From: a virus
Lineage: Duplodnaviria; Caudoviricetes
IMG/VR virus record: IMGVR_UViG_3300048902_000029
Location: 1 to 50,352 of that record
Strand: one strand, 5' to 3'
DNA length: 50,352 bases
Position 1 is the stretch's first letter. Each line of letters starts with the position of its first letter. The translations under genes were made by a program, and so were the position numbers. Under the pieces are notes generated by a model that ran no database searches, was not told where the DNA came from, and saw nothing but the letters and a program-made list of their open reading frames with translations. Positions 26,340 through 35,173 of this stretch are shown here, piece after piece.

Positions 26340-28707
26340 CTGCTCCGAGTGCCCACTCAAAGACGAGAAGTTCGCGCCGTCCCTCATTCCTGAGGGGCGG
26401 CCCCTTCTGGCAGTAGTGGGAGAAGCTCCTGGTTTCCAGGAGACAGTGTTCGGTGAGCCCTTCAAGGGTCCATCTGGGAAGCTGCTCGACAAGGTTCTCA
26501 ACCATCACGGATTCCAACGAAGTGAGGTGTTATATACAAATGTATGCCTATGTCGGCCTGAGGATAATGCGACGCCTCCTGCGGCAGCGCAAAGTGCGTG
26601 TCGTCAGCGTCTGGTACAAGAGCTCAGCAAGTCAGGAGTTCGAGACGTTGTTGCACTGGGAGGAACGGCCGTGGGCGCTCTCGTTGACGACCCGAGGTCC
26701 ATTACCTCGCTACGAGTCGGGCCCCCCAAGAGACCGGCTCTATCGTTTCGGGACAGCAGTATTGAAAGAGTTGTCCCGACGTGGCACCCAGCTTACTGTC
26801 TTAGAAATGCAGATGCATTTCCAACACTCGTGGCAGACATCGAGAAGGTCACCCGAGAGAGCTTGGGCGACTGGGTCGAGCCTGAGTGGTACTACGTCGA
26901 CGAAGTAGAGATCGCACACGCCCAACTTGACGCTCTCATGGCCTGGCAGGATAGAACTGGGCGCTACGAGTTGGTCGTAGACATTGAGGTTGGTATTGAG
27001 AAGGATACCAACTTCGATCACCCGAACATGTACCAAATGCTCTGCATAGGCTACGCCTGGGATAAAGGGAAGGCGGGTGTCATCGGTGAGGTCGCCCTTC
27101 AGGACCTTGGAGTACGTGCAAAGGTTGGAACGCTCCTTGCAAGGTCTAAGCTCATCGCGCACAACGGCAAGTTCGACCTTGCAGGAATGTATCCATGGTA
27201 TAAAAATCTCACCCTCTGGTTCGACACAATGCTTGCCCATTACGCTCTGGACGAAAGGTCTGGCGGGCACGGTCTCAAGGTGCTGGCCGTGGAGCGCCTG
27301 GGCGCACCAGCTTACGACGACGAGATCAAGCAGTACGTTCCGCGTGGTGGAAACTACGCAAACATTCCTCGCGAGATTCTCTACAAGTACAACGCACTGG
27401 ACGTTGCCTGCACGTGGAATTTGTACGAGCTGTTTTCTACCGAGCTCGATGCACACAGTACTGAAGTATGGCCCTATCCAGGACTGCCTATACGAACACT
27501 GCGTGACTGGCATGACTTCCTGGTTGCAGCTTCAAACCAACTGATGTTCCTGGAGCTCAACGGTATCTCGGTCGACGTCGAGTACAACACCACGTTGAGC
27601 TATGCGTACCTCGAGAAGCTAGGATCGATGGAGGATGAGCTTTCCAAGATCGTCGCAGCGGCAACTGACGGAAAGACAGCGGGGATTAATCCTCGGAGTC
27701 CAAAGCAAGTCAAAGAGTTCCTCTACAACCAAGGCATCCGGGTCGAGTCAACCAACAAGGACACGTTGGAAGGTCTTAGGGAACGGGTTGCCGAAGAGTC
27801 CTTCGCAGGCCAGTTCATTGGAGGCCTTCTGGGACACCGCTACGAGGCTAAGCGATATGGAACCTTTGTCAAGGGTATACGGCAAAGGCTTTTCGCTGGA
27901 CGTGTTTACACTAACTACCTTCTCCACGGCACCACCTCTGGCCGCTTGGCGAGTAGGAATCCGAACCTACAGAACATTGTTCGGGACAAGGATATTCGGA
28001 GGCAGTTCGTTGCATCGAAGCCTGGAAACATTCTCATCCAGGCGGACTACAAACAGGCAGAGGGCCGCGTCATTGCGTGGCTCGCTCAGGATGAATACCT
28101 GAGGGACATCTTCGCCTCTGGTGAGGACTTGTTCAACCAACTCGGCGCAGGGCTCTACAAGAGTAAGTTCGATCCAAACAACAAGGAACAGCGTGTTCGT
28201 GTCAAAGCGTTCTTCTACGGCATCGCCTTCGGCCGAGAGTACTACTCCATCGCACAGGAGTATAAGATCCCTCTTCAGGAAGCTCAGAGGGACTTCGCAG
28301 CCTTCCTCGACACGATCCCTTCTACAGTCATGTGGCAGCAGTCGATCAAGGACCACATCCTTGCAGGCCACGACCTCATCACACCTTTCGGACGGAGGCG
28401 TCGTTACTCTCTCATCACACCGCACAACCAATCTGAAGTCTTCAACGAAGCACTCAGTTACCTTCCGCAATCTATCGCTTCCGACATTTGCCTCTCAGCT
28501 CTTGTACGACTTCGTCCGCAGCTACGAGGCATTGGCTTCATTAGGCTCACCATCCATGACGCGCTTGTCGTCGAAGCAGCTGAGTCACGACTGGACGAAG
28601 TGTCGGAGATGCTACGAGCTGAGATGGTCGAAGCGGCTGAGCGCATCACCAAGTACGTCCCATTCGAAGTAGACGTAAGTCACGGTCCTAGCTGGGGAGA
28701 TTTGTAA
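26314..28707 (+). CDS. Family A DNA polymerase with an N-terminal family-4 UDG-like domain and a 3'-5' exonuclease
   Basis: CSEC, GEAPG, PF.GPSG..L, TN..LCRP, HPAY.LR (UDG4); DIE, HNGKFD, YNALD (exo); GRL.S..PNLQN, DYKQAE.R, HDA (PolA). Confidence 0.93.
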   Translation: MIPKAPGANCSECPLKDEKFAPSLIPEGRPLLAVVGEAPGFQETVFGEPFKGPSGKLLDKVLNHHGFQRSEVLYTNVCLCRPEDNATPPAAAQSACRQRLVQELSKSGVRDVVALGGTAVGALVDDPRSITSLRVGPPKRPALSFRDSSIERVVPTWHPAYCLRNADAFPTLVADIEKVTRESLGDWVEPEWYYVDEVEIAHAQLDALMAWQDRTGRYELVVDIEVGIEKDTNFDHPNMYQMLCIGYAWDKGKAGVIGEVALQDLGVRAKVGTLLARSKLIAHNGKFDLAGMYPWYKNLTLWFDTMLAHYALDERSGGHGLKVLAVERLGAPAYDDEIKQYVPRGGNYANIPREILYKYNALDVACTWNLYELFSTELDAHSTEVWPYPGLPIRTLRDWHDFLVAASNQLMFLELNGISVDVEYNTTLSYAYLEKLGSMEDELSKIVAAATDGKTAGINPRSPKQVKEFLYNQGIRVESTNKDTLEGLRERVAEESFAGQFIGGLLGHRYEAKRYGTFVKGIRQRLFAGRVYTNYLLHGTTSGRLASRNPNLQNIVRDKDIRRQFVASKPGNILIQADYKQAEGRVIAWLAQDEYLRDIFASGEDLFNQLGAGLYKSKFDPNNKEQRVRVKAFFYGIAFGREYYSIAQEYKIPLQEAQRDFAAFLDTIPSTVMWQQSIKDHILAGHDLITPFGRRRRYSLITPHNQSEVFNEALSYLPQSIASDICLSALVRLRPQLRGIGFIRLTIHDALVVEAAESRLDEVSEMLRAEMVEAAERITKYVPFEVDVSHGPSWGDL

Positions 28708-28964
28708 TGCCAAACAAGTATGGTGAGGCTGTTCGTAAGTACCGTGTCACAGTCGAACAGTACGTCACCTGGAGCGAGAGCCCTACTTCAGAGGAGAGGA
28801 AGCTTCCGCGAGTTCAGGGGTCTTCAGACCTTCCGGAGAGTGTCGACAAGGCTGAATGGCGTGAGCTCGACTGTGTCACCACTGCCAACTCCGCGACGTT
28901 CTCAGGAGCCCTCGAGGCTATCGCCAACCGCTACAAGCCTTCCGAGACGAAGACGTATCGCTGA
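28707..28964 (+). CDS. Hypothetical protein
   Basis: TAATG coupling. Confidence 0.6.
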   Translation: MPNKYGEAVRKYRVTVEQYVTWSESPTSEERKLPRVQGSSDLPESVDKAEWRELDCVTTANSATFSGALEAIANRYKPSETKTYR

Positions 28965-29287
28965 TGCCCAGAGGACAACGAGCCGACGTTGGAACGGAGA
29001 CGACCAACAAGAACGGCTACACGCAGGTGAAGACCGACGAAGGCTGGATCGGTAAGCACACATTGATCCTGGAGCAGAAGCTAGGGCGCAAGCTCGTCCC
29101 AGGTGAACGAGCCATCTTCAAGGATGGCAACAGGCAGAACCTCGCTGAGGACAACGTAGTCCTCTCTGAGGCGCAGAACACAAAGTCTATCCAAGCACGC
29201 ATTGCACGATACACAGCTGAGATCGAGGACAGGCAAGCCTTGATCAAAGACCTAGAGCGTGAGCTCGAAAGTAGAACGGCTGAGTAG
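28964..29287 (+). CDS. Degenerate HNH-like protein with coiled-coil tail
   Basis: GY...KH.LI.E..LGR.L..GE...FKDGNRQN....N; the usual HH before KDG is absent. Confidence 0.55.
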   Translation: MPRGQRADVGTETTNKNGYTQVKTDEGWIGKHTLILEQKLGRKLVPGERAIFKDGNRQNLAEDNVVLSEAQNTKSIQARIARYTAEIEDRQALIKDLERELESRTAE

Positions 29288-29439
29288 TTAGACTTGATAG
29301 CCGAGCGGTTAGACCAAAGGACTTAGCAGGTTCTTTACCCTTGTGAGGGCTTGTTTGATCGCTCGGCTATCTCGCGTCTATACAAGAGAGCATCAATACA
29401 AAACACCACACGGCCTTGGGACAGACGATAGGGTAACTA

Positions 29440-29892
29440 ATGACGATCTACGCGATTGACCCTGGACCACATACAGGTATCTTCGCCAAGTATGTTCAAG
29501 GATGCGAAGGCGAGACGTTCGATTGGACACACGACCTCAACCGTGTCTCGCATATGTGGAATTGGCTCGACGACTGGGTTATCAAAAGCGATACTGTGAT
29601 CGTGGAGTCCTTCGAGTTCCGCAAAGAGGATGCGCAGAACAGGTCGTACATCGATTACAGTCCGGGCGAGTTGGTTGGAGTAGTCAAACTCTACTGTCAG
29701 CTACGTACTGTCAACCTCGTCATCCAGAGTGCTTCGACAGGCAAAGGCTTCTGGGACAACGATAAACTGAAACGGGCGGGCGTGTGGAGTACTTGCGACT
29801 CGAAGCACTCGCGCGATGCAGCTAGGCACTGGTTGCACTACTACACGACGACGCTAGGTAACGACGAGTACTTGCACAAGCTCAGGAAGTAA
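29440..29892 (+). CDS. RuvC-like Holliday junction resolvase
   Basis: AIDPG.HTG, IVESF, H.RDA.RH. Confidence 0.8.
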   Translation: MTIYAIDPGPHTGIFAKYVQGCEGETFDWTHDLNRVSHMWNWLDDWVIKSDTVIVESFEFRKEDAQNRSYIDYSPGELVGVVKLYCQLRTVNLVIQSASTGKGFWDNDKLKRAGVWSTCDSKHSRDAARHWLHYYTTTLGNDEYLHKLRK

Positions 29893-29899
29893 ACAGAGC

Positions 29900-29954
29900 C
29901 CTGGCCACTCACCAAAGGGACTGCGGGAGGCGAACGCAGTGGTGAGTGGCCAGG
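29900..29954. terminator. Bidirectional terminator-like structure at the arm convergence
   Basis: 14 bp inverted repeat CCTGGCCACTCACC/GGTGAGTGGCCAGG enclosing an ACTGCG/CGCAGT hairpin. Confidence 0.7.
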
Positions 29955-29962
29955 AGTCTAGA

Positions 29963-30223
29963 TTACTTCGGGAGGTTGTCCGTTCTTCCTGAGACGGTCA
30001 AGTCGATGTCCGGATTCTTGATCGCCTGCTTGACCAGCTCGCCCGTGTCGAGCGTGTTCGACGGTGCGACGATTGTCGCCACTGCCGGAAGGAACAGGCC
30101 GAGGATTGTCAGCCACTCCTGCAGTGAGATCGTCCCGTCGTTGTTCGCCGCGCTCAGAGCCGGCACCGCTACCGCCAGCCCTGCGATCACGGCGTACACG
30201 AACTTGTTGTACTTGCCGAACAT
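29963..30223 (-). CDS. Holin (2 TM)
   Basis: Two hydrophobic helices, DG.IS.QEWL loop, charged C-terminus; last late gene. Confidence 0.7.
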   Translation of the reverse strand: MFGKYNKFVYAVIAGLAVAVPALSAANNDGTISLQEWLTILGLFLPAVATIVAPSNTLDTGELVKQAIKNPDIDLTVSGRTDNLPK

Positions 30224-30472
30224 GATCCACCCCTTTCAAGATGGTATGCCGCATCTCTCGATGAGGCAATTCGACCTCAGCATCCTCACCATGTGGTTCG
30301 CTGAGTAGGTGATGCAGAGCGTCTTCATCGGACATGCCATGGAGCTCTGCATAGTGTGCTACAGCTGTCGGTGGAATGACGTGCTGCACCCGTGTGGAGT
30401 TGTTGATGGTCGCAGTTACGCGAAATGAACCATCGTCTCCCTGTGTGAGTTCACTGAACGCTACTTTCTTCT

Positions 30473-31195
30473 TCACAGCCTGAACGCCGCCCACATGATC
30501 GTCTTGGCAGTCGTTCCTGTAGCCCACGAGATGGTAAAGCCAGTGTTGCTGACGGCTGCCAAGTCGTGGGCTACTGCTGTGCCAGCGTTCTGGAGACCAT
30601 ACACAACGACAGGTGTACGGTCGAAGGCGAACGGGAACAGGTAGATCGAAGCACCGAAGCCTGCAACGACGTTGTCGAAGCCGAACACAACAGCGTCCTG
30701 GGAATCGTAGCCACCATTGTATCCCCAGCGACCTCTGAACCGAATGTGTTCACGGTTACCACCCCACTGAATATCCCCCAGAGCCATGAAGGCCTCTGCA
30801 GGCGTGGTATCGAGCGGTTGGTGGGAGTAATACGACGTGTCGCGGTTGAGGAGAATCTTCCCGCCATCACGTACGCCGTCCGGGTTCTCGATCTGAACCT
30901 GATACGAAGCTCCCTGGTCGTCTGACTCCCAAGCGAACTGAGTGGCAGCCCATCCACCGGTCACGTAGTTCGGGATCATAGTGATGGAGGGCGTGTCGCC
31001 GTGGGCGATCAGGAGAACCAGTTCGTCGTTGTCATTCACGACGGCTAGGTCGCCACCACGAATGGTAAGACGTCCGCCATCGATGGATGCATTACCCAGT
31101 CGGCGAGCGGTCTCCATGATCGCCAGCCTACGTTCGAGGTCGGCAATCTTCTTGACCAGGTCTGGTGGTTCGCGGTGTTGCTTGACATCTGCCAT
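30473..31195 (-). CDS. Minor tail protein
   Basis: DL...IADLERRL.. N-terminus and F...P.V...V...GF C-terminal domain typical of actinophage tail proteins. Confidence 0.7.
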   Translation of the reverse strand: MADVKQHREPPDLVKKIADLERRLAIMETARRLGNASIDGGRLTIRGGDLAVVNDNDELVLLIAHGDTPSITMIPNYVTGGWAATQFAWESDDQGASYQVQIENPDGVRDGGKILLNRDTSYYSHQPLDTTPAEAFMALGDIQWGGNREHIRFRGRWGYNGGYDSQDAVVFGFDNVVAGFGASIYLFPFAFDRTPVVVYGLQNAGTAVAHDLAAVSNTGFTISWATGTTAKTIMWAAFRL

Positions 31196-32286
31196 TACGC
31201 GTCGTCATCTCCCTGGAAGATAAGTTGCACCTCAGAGACGGAATCACTGGCTGCTGGTGTGTAGTCCCAGCCCAAGATGCGTGTACTGAACGTTGTCCCA
31301 GGACTCGGGTGAAGAGGGTCCTTGATGACCAGGCGACAGTAGTCACCCAGCCCATAGTCACCAAAGGCAGGTTCTCTGTCAGCTTTCATCTGGACGGTGT
31401 AGAGAGGCTGCGGAGCCTTCATGATTGTGGCTTGCGTCTGTGTCATCTGGGTGAGGATGGAAGCGTCCTCAATGTCCTTGAAACTAACCAAGGCATCCAA
31501 CCTGGGGAAGCCATTGTTCAGCAGGTCACTGTGGATAATATGCGAGATGAGCTGACTCTCACCCTCACCTGCACCGACACCATAGATGTCAGTACCACCG
31601 TTACCTATGGTATCGTTGCGCCAGTAGTTCAAGATGTTACCTGGATACTCGAAGACCACGTTGCTGTTCGATTGCGGAACGCCCAGAGGCTGACCAACGC
31701 GGATGGTCTTGTCGTACGAGTTACCAGTACGTGTCCAGTCGATCGTCCACTCGAAGCCAGTATCGACCGCTGTGGACAACTGGTCCATGACTGCTCGGTA
31801 GGTCTTCATCTCCGAAACAGCTACGGAGAAGTCGATAGGGTTCTCGTCGGGAACTGTCGGTGGCAGGTTGACTTGAATGCTGTGCGGATCGAACTGCATG
31901 TCGAAGTACATCTGCTTGAACAGGTTGCGCGGATCCTTACCAGTGAAGGTCCTGTTGTAGTTCACAAGTCGCTTGGCTGGGTACTGGTCCAGTGTCTTAG
32001 CGAACAGCTGAACGCTCTTCGCTTGACTCTGATACGTCCTCGACCAGACCAGCCCGCCCCACAGGACGCGAGTGTTCGTTTCGCATACAACCATACACCG
32101 CCCTGGTATGGTTGCTGAGACGAGCTGGTCGTTGCTGAGGCCAGTTTGGTCCAGACCGAAGACAGCTTGGAACTCGCCCCCACTGAGTGTCTGGTTGATA
32201 CGAACACTCTGAAGAGGGATCTCCTCGATGATCGTACCTGACAGTGCATCCAGGAAGACGTACCTGAGCTCTTCGGTCGTCGCCAT
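31195..32286 (-). CDS. Minor tail / baseplate hub protein
   Basis: WGGLVW.R, G.G.GE, YGLGD motifs; position in the tail module. Confidence 0.75.
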   Translation of the reverse strand: MATTEELRYVFLDALSGTIIEEIPLQSVRINQTLSGGEFQAVFGLDQTGLSNDQLVSATIPGRCMVVCETNTRVLWGGLVWSRTYQSQAKSVQLFAKTLDQYPAKRLVNYNRTFTGKDPRNLFKQMYFDMQFDPHSIQVNLPPTVPDENPIDFSVAVSEMKTYRAVMDQLSTAVDTGFEWTIDWTRTGNSYDKTIRVGQPLGVPQSNSNVVFEYPGNILNYWRNDTIGNGGTDIYGVGAGEGESQLISHIIHSDLLNNGFPRLDALVSFKDIEDASILTQMTQTQATIMKAPQPLYTVQMKADREPAFGDYGLGDYCRLVIKDPLHPSPGTTFSTRILGWDYTPAASDSVSEVQLIFQGDDDA

Positions 32287-32288
32287 GG

Positions 32289-33188
32289 TTACTTCTTCGC
32301 CTGGAGCAGTGCGAGGAGCTGATCGACCTTGGACTCGAGCGAAGTCATGCGAGCTTCGATCGGATCGAGCTTGCCGTCGATGATCTTGTCGACCTGATCA
32401 CGGATGCCGGACGGACCAGGAACCTTGGTACCATCCTGATTGGTCAGGGTACCGTCGTTGCGAAGGTCGAGGTAGACCTTGCTGGCGTTCTCCTGAGCAG
32501 CCGCCTTGTTGTTGGCTGCGATCTTCTTGGCGATGCCGCTCTTCGGGTTGCCCATGTCTTCGTCGATCTTGTACGCAGTCGCCTGAGCCGTGGCCTGTGC
32601 GATGTCGTCTACGCTAGGCATATCGAGCCACTCCCTTTCGTCTTGAACCATTGCGATGAACTCTGTCCACGGGAAGTTCGGTCCCGGGTCCGTGTGATCG
32701 CCGTTGTCCTGAGGATACGCTACGGAAACATCGCCGTGTCCACAGATACCCTTCTGACCTGCAGCCATCTGAGATGACGTAATCTTGCGAACAGGAATGC
32801 CCCACTTCTTGCAGTCACGCGCTACCTGTACAGCAGCTCGCTGAAGCATAGGCAAACCATACCCACTGTCCAGCCACGTCGCCTTGGAGAACGAAGCCTT
32901 GGCGCACAGCTCGTACTGAATACCCTTCTGGTTACCATTCCAGAAGGCTGCGTACGCTACGTCATTGGTACGCACACATTGTACGATGCTGTCGTTGTCG
33001 ACGAAGTAATGCGTCGACGTCCCGTCAGTACGACGAGCATCATACGCCGCACCGTCCTCAGCGGACTGCGCGTGGCTGGAACCCTCTGTGTCGTGGATGA
33101 CGATGAACTGTACACTCGTACGATTCACGTCTTCCCATGACGCAGGCTCGACCCACGTGAGGTCAGGGTACTCAGGGCTCTTTGCCAT
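32289..33188 (-). CDS. Endolysin, N-acetylmuramoyl-L-alanine amidase (Amidase_2)
   Basis: IVIHDTE, STHYFVD, YELC, GH.D....HTDPG..FPW. Confidence 0.9.
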   Translation of the reverse strand: MAKSPEYPDLTWVEPASWEDVNRTSVQFIVIHDTEGSSHAQSAEDGAAYDARRTDGTSTHYFVDNDSIVQCVRTNDVAYAAFWNGNQKGIQYELCAKASFSKATWLDSGYGLPMLQRAAVQVARDCKKWGIPVRKITSSQMAAGQKGICGHGDVSVAYPQDNGDHTDPGPNFPWTEFIAMVQDEREWLDMPSVDDIAQATAQATAYKIDEDMGNPKSGIAKKIAANNKAAAQENASKVYLDLRNDGTLTNQDGTKVPGPSGIRDQVDKIIDGKLDPIEARMTSLESKVDQLLALLQAKK

Positions 33189-33199
33189 CTTACACCTCC

Positions 33200-34315
33200 T
33201 TACAGCGGTCGGATGAATTCGATACCGAACCGTACACCTTGGGGGAACCCTGCGTTAGTGGTCTGCGATACACCACTCTGGTGGAAGGCTCCGAGCTGAA
33301 CGTAATCGCTAGATCCGTTCATCTGTAGAGTATGCGTGATGTTCCCGCCGAACTTGGAAACGTTGTTCTGACCTGTCGAAGGGAACTGAAGGTTACCCGC
33401 ACGCGCTACGACAGTACCGTTCTTGGCGATGTACACATCCGAGTAGCTCATGGTCGTATTGAACGCCCAGTACAGGTTGCCCCACACTCGGTAGTAGCCA
33501 GGCACGTTCGGAGTGAGCCTACTGTTGTTCGTGACATTGTCGTGCCAACCATCTGTGTCGATGTCCTCTGCGTTGAAGGACAACAGTGTGTCAGTCACGT
33601 TAGTAACCGTCTGACCTACAGTGGCATAGGCAACAGCGATGCCAGGGTAGCGCTCGGAGTTACCCTGCCACGCTGCACCATCATAGAAGTACATCCGGTC
33701 TGTAGCACGAGCGTAGACATACATGCCTTCGTACGGAGCAACAGGTAGAGCAGCGATGGAGGGGATCGGGATGATCCCTCCTGCGAGGAACAACCGAGTG
33801 TCGGTGATGTTCGCATTGACAATCGACGTAGCAGCAGCTGCAACGGCAATCTGTGCCAAGGTGATCGAGTTGTTGGGTGCTGCAGGTACAGCAGGGGAAG
33901 CTGCAGCAGTACCTGTAACAACTACAAGTGACCAGAGGTTGTTGGCACCACTGTATGCACTGTCCTCTACCTTCGCACAGACAATGTCGATACGAGGCAG
34001 TGTGGCGTGTGCAGCAGTAACAGCAATGTTCGTCGACGTGGGAGCCGTACCTACATAGGCACCCTGTGTCGTACCTTCACTACCTGGGATGACACAGTGA
34101 CCTGTAGCTACTGTGATACCCATAGTAGGTGCGCCCTGCTGAGTAACGAGCATCGACCCACCAAGAGCAGGGTTCACACCACCACGAGGAACCATTGAAG
34201 GACCCGAGGTGCGAGTGCCTGTCAGGCCTGTTACGCCAATTGCATTGCGGGTGATTTCAGCTGTATGCGTAGCACCCGCATTCTGCAGGAAGGCTACGGG
34301 GTTAGTCACGGCCAC
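33200..34315 (-). CDS. Minor tail protein / fiber with C1q-like C-terminal domain
   Basis: LPRIDIV, P..P...I.LAQI.V, ITD.R; N.SRLT....GYY.V. Confidence 0.75.
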   Translation of the reverse strand: MAVTNPVAFLQNAGATHTAEITRNAIGVTGLTGTRTSGPSMVPRGGVNPALGGSMLVTQQGAPTMGITVATGHCVIPGSEGTTQGAYVGTAPTSTNIAVTAAHATLPRIDIVCAKVEDSAYSGANNLWSLVVVTGTAAASPAVPAAPNNSITLAQIAVAAAATSIVNANITDTRLFLAGGIIPIPSIAALPVAPYEGMYVYARATDRMYFYDGAAWQGNSERYPGIAVAYATVGQTVTNVTDTLLSFNAEDIDTDGWHDNVTNNSRLTPNVPGYYRVWGNLYWAFNTTMSYSDVYIAKNGTVVARAGNLQFPSTGQNNVSKFGGNITHTLQMNGSSDYVQLGAFHQSGVSQTTNAGFPQGVRFGIEFIRPL

Positions 34316-34318
34316 GAG

Positions 34319-35173
34319 TCATCTCCATGCATTTCTGAAGGCCACGGTGCTAGGCGTACCGCCAGCACTACTTGCTCGGTACCTCATGTAATTGTCGCCC
34401 TTGGCTAGTAGGAACCAGTCCGGCGCGAGCAACGCAGCACGCCGTGAAACGCTTCCATTGAGCTTGACCGTCCTGTAACCAAGGTCGATGACAAGATTGT
34501 CGCCTGATGCTACACTGATGTTGAACTGCAACACGTTGCCTGTGGTGTCGTTGTAGATGATCGGGTTTGATACAGGACCTGGAATCGTTATTACTGCAGG
34601 AGCAGGTCGGTTACCACCATTGTAGACGTTCGTCTGGTTGGGGTCTACAGCAGCACCGTAACCGAAGTTGAATCCCAGGTCGAACGAGAAACCAGTTGTG
34701 ATAGCCAAACCCTGTGACAGGTTGAACGTTTGCAGTACGGCATCGTAAAGGCGAGGGTCTTCAGCCTGCGCCATGAACTGAACATCGCAAGACCCTACAC
34801 GGCGTAGTGTAGTATAGTCGAACCTTACACCAAGCGGCTTCACAAACATGACACGGTCGGAAGCACCAGGGTGGCTGTAGTAGAGTGGAATTGAATCTCT
34901 ACGCGGAGCCCACTCATACTTCAACTGGTCCAGTAGGGTCTCGACCAGATCACTACCCGCAATGATCTGACCTTCAAGCGTGATCGTCCGCATCTTCTCG
35001 AACTCAGCATCGATGAAGCCACCATCAGTACCTTCGTGGTCACGCTCAGTCGTTCGGATCTCAGGAGTGTCTAGCCCCTTAATGTCCGTGATGTCCACAA
35101 AGGGCAAGATGCTCGTGTCGTTAGGGTTCAGGACGGTACCTGTATCCCCTAGCTTGTATGAGAACGCATCCAT
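34319..35173 (-). CDS. Distal tail protein (Dit)
   Basis: Follows the tape measure; R.ITL.G, A.DP..Y, GP..NP, L..G.N. Confidence 0.8.
   Translation of the reverse strand: MDAFSYKLGDTGTVLNPNDTSILPFVDITDIKGLDTPEIRTTERDHEGTDGGFIDAEFEKMRTITLEGQIIAGSDLVETLLDQLKYEWAPRRDSIPLYYSHPGASDRVMFVKPLGVRFDYTTLRRVGSCDVQFMAQAEDPRLYDAVLQTFNLSQGLAITTGFSFDLGFNFGYGAAVDPNQTNVYNGGNRPAPAVITIPGPVSNPIIYNDTTGNVLQFNISVASGDNLVIDLGYRTVKLNGSVSRRAALLAPDWFLLAKGDNYMRYRASSAGGTPSTVAFRNAWR

Noticed and set aside
28964-29287. Active HNH homing endonuclease / mobile element
   Set aside because: The catalytic His position appears replaced (AIFKDGN) and it does not interrupt a gene; no intron or intein was evident in the polymerase, terminase or helicase.
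9105-29931. Shared 11-mer CTGCGGGAGGC in two terminator-adjacent structures (~9105 and ~29921)
   Set aside because: Only two copies and the surrounding folds differ; could be chance.
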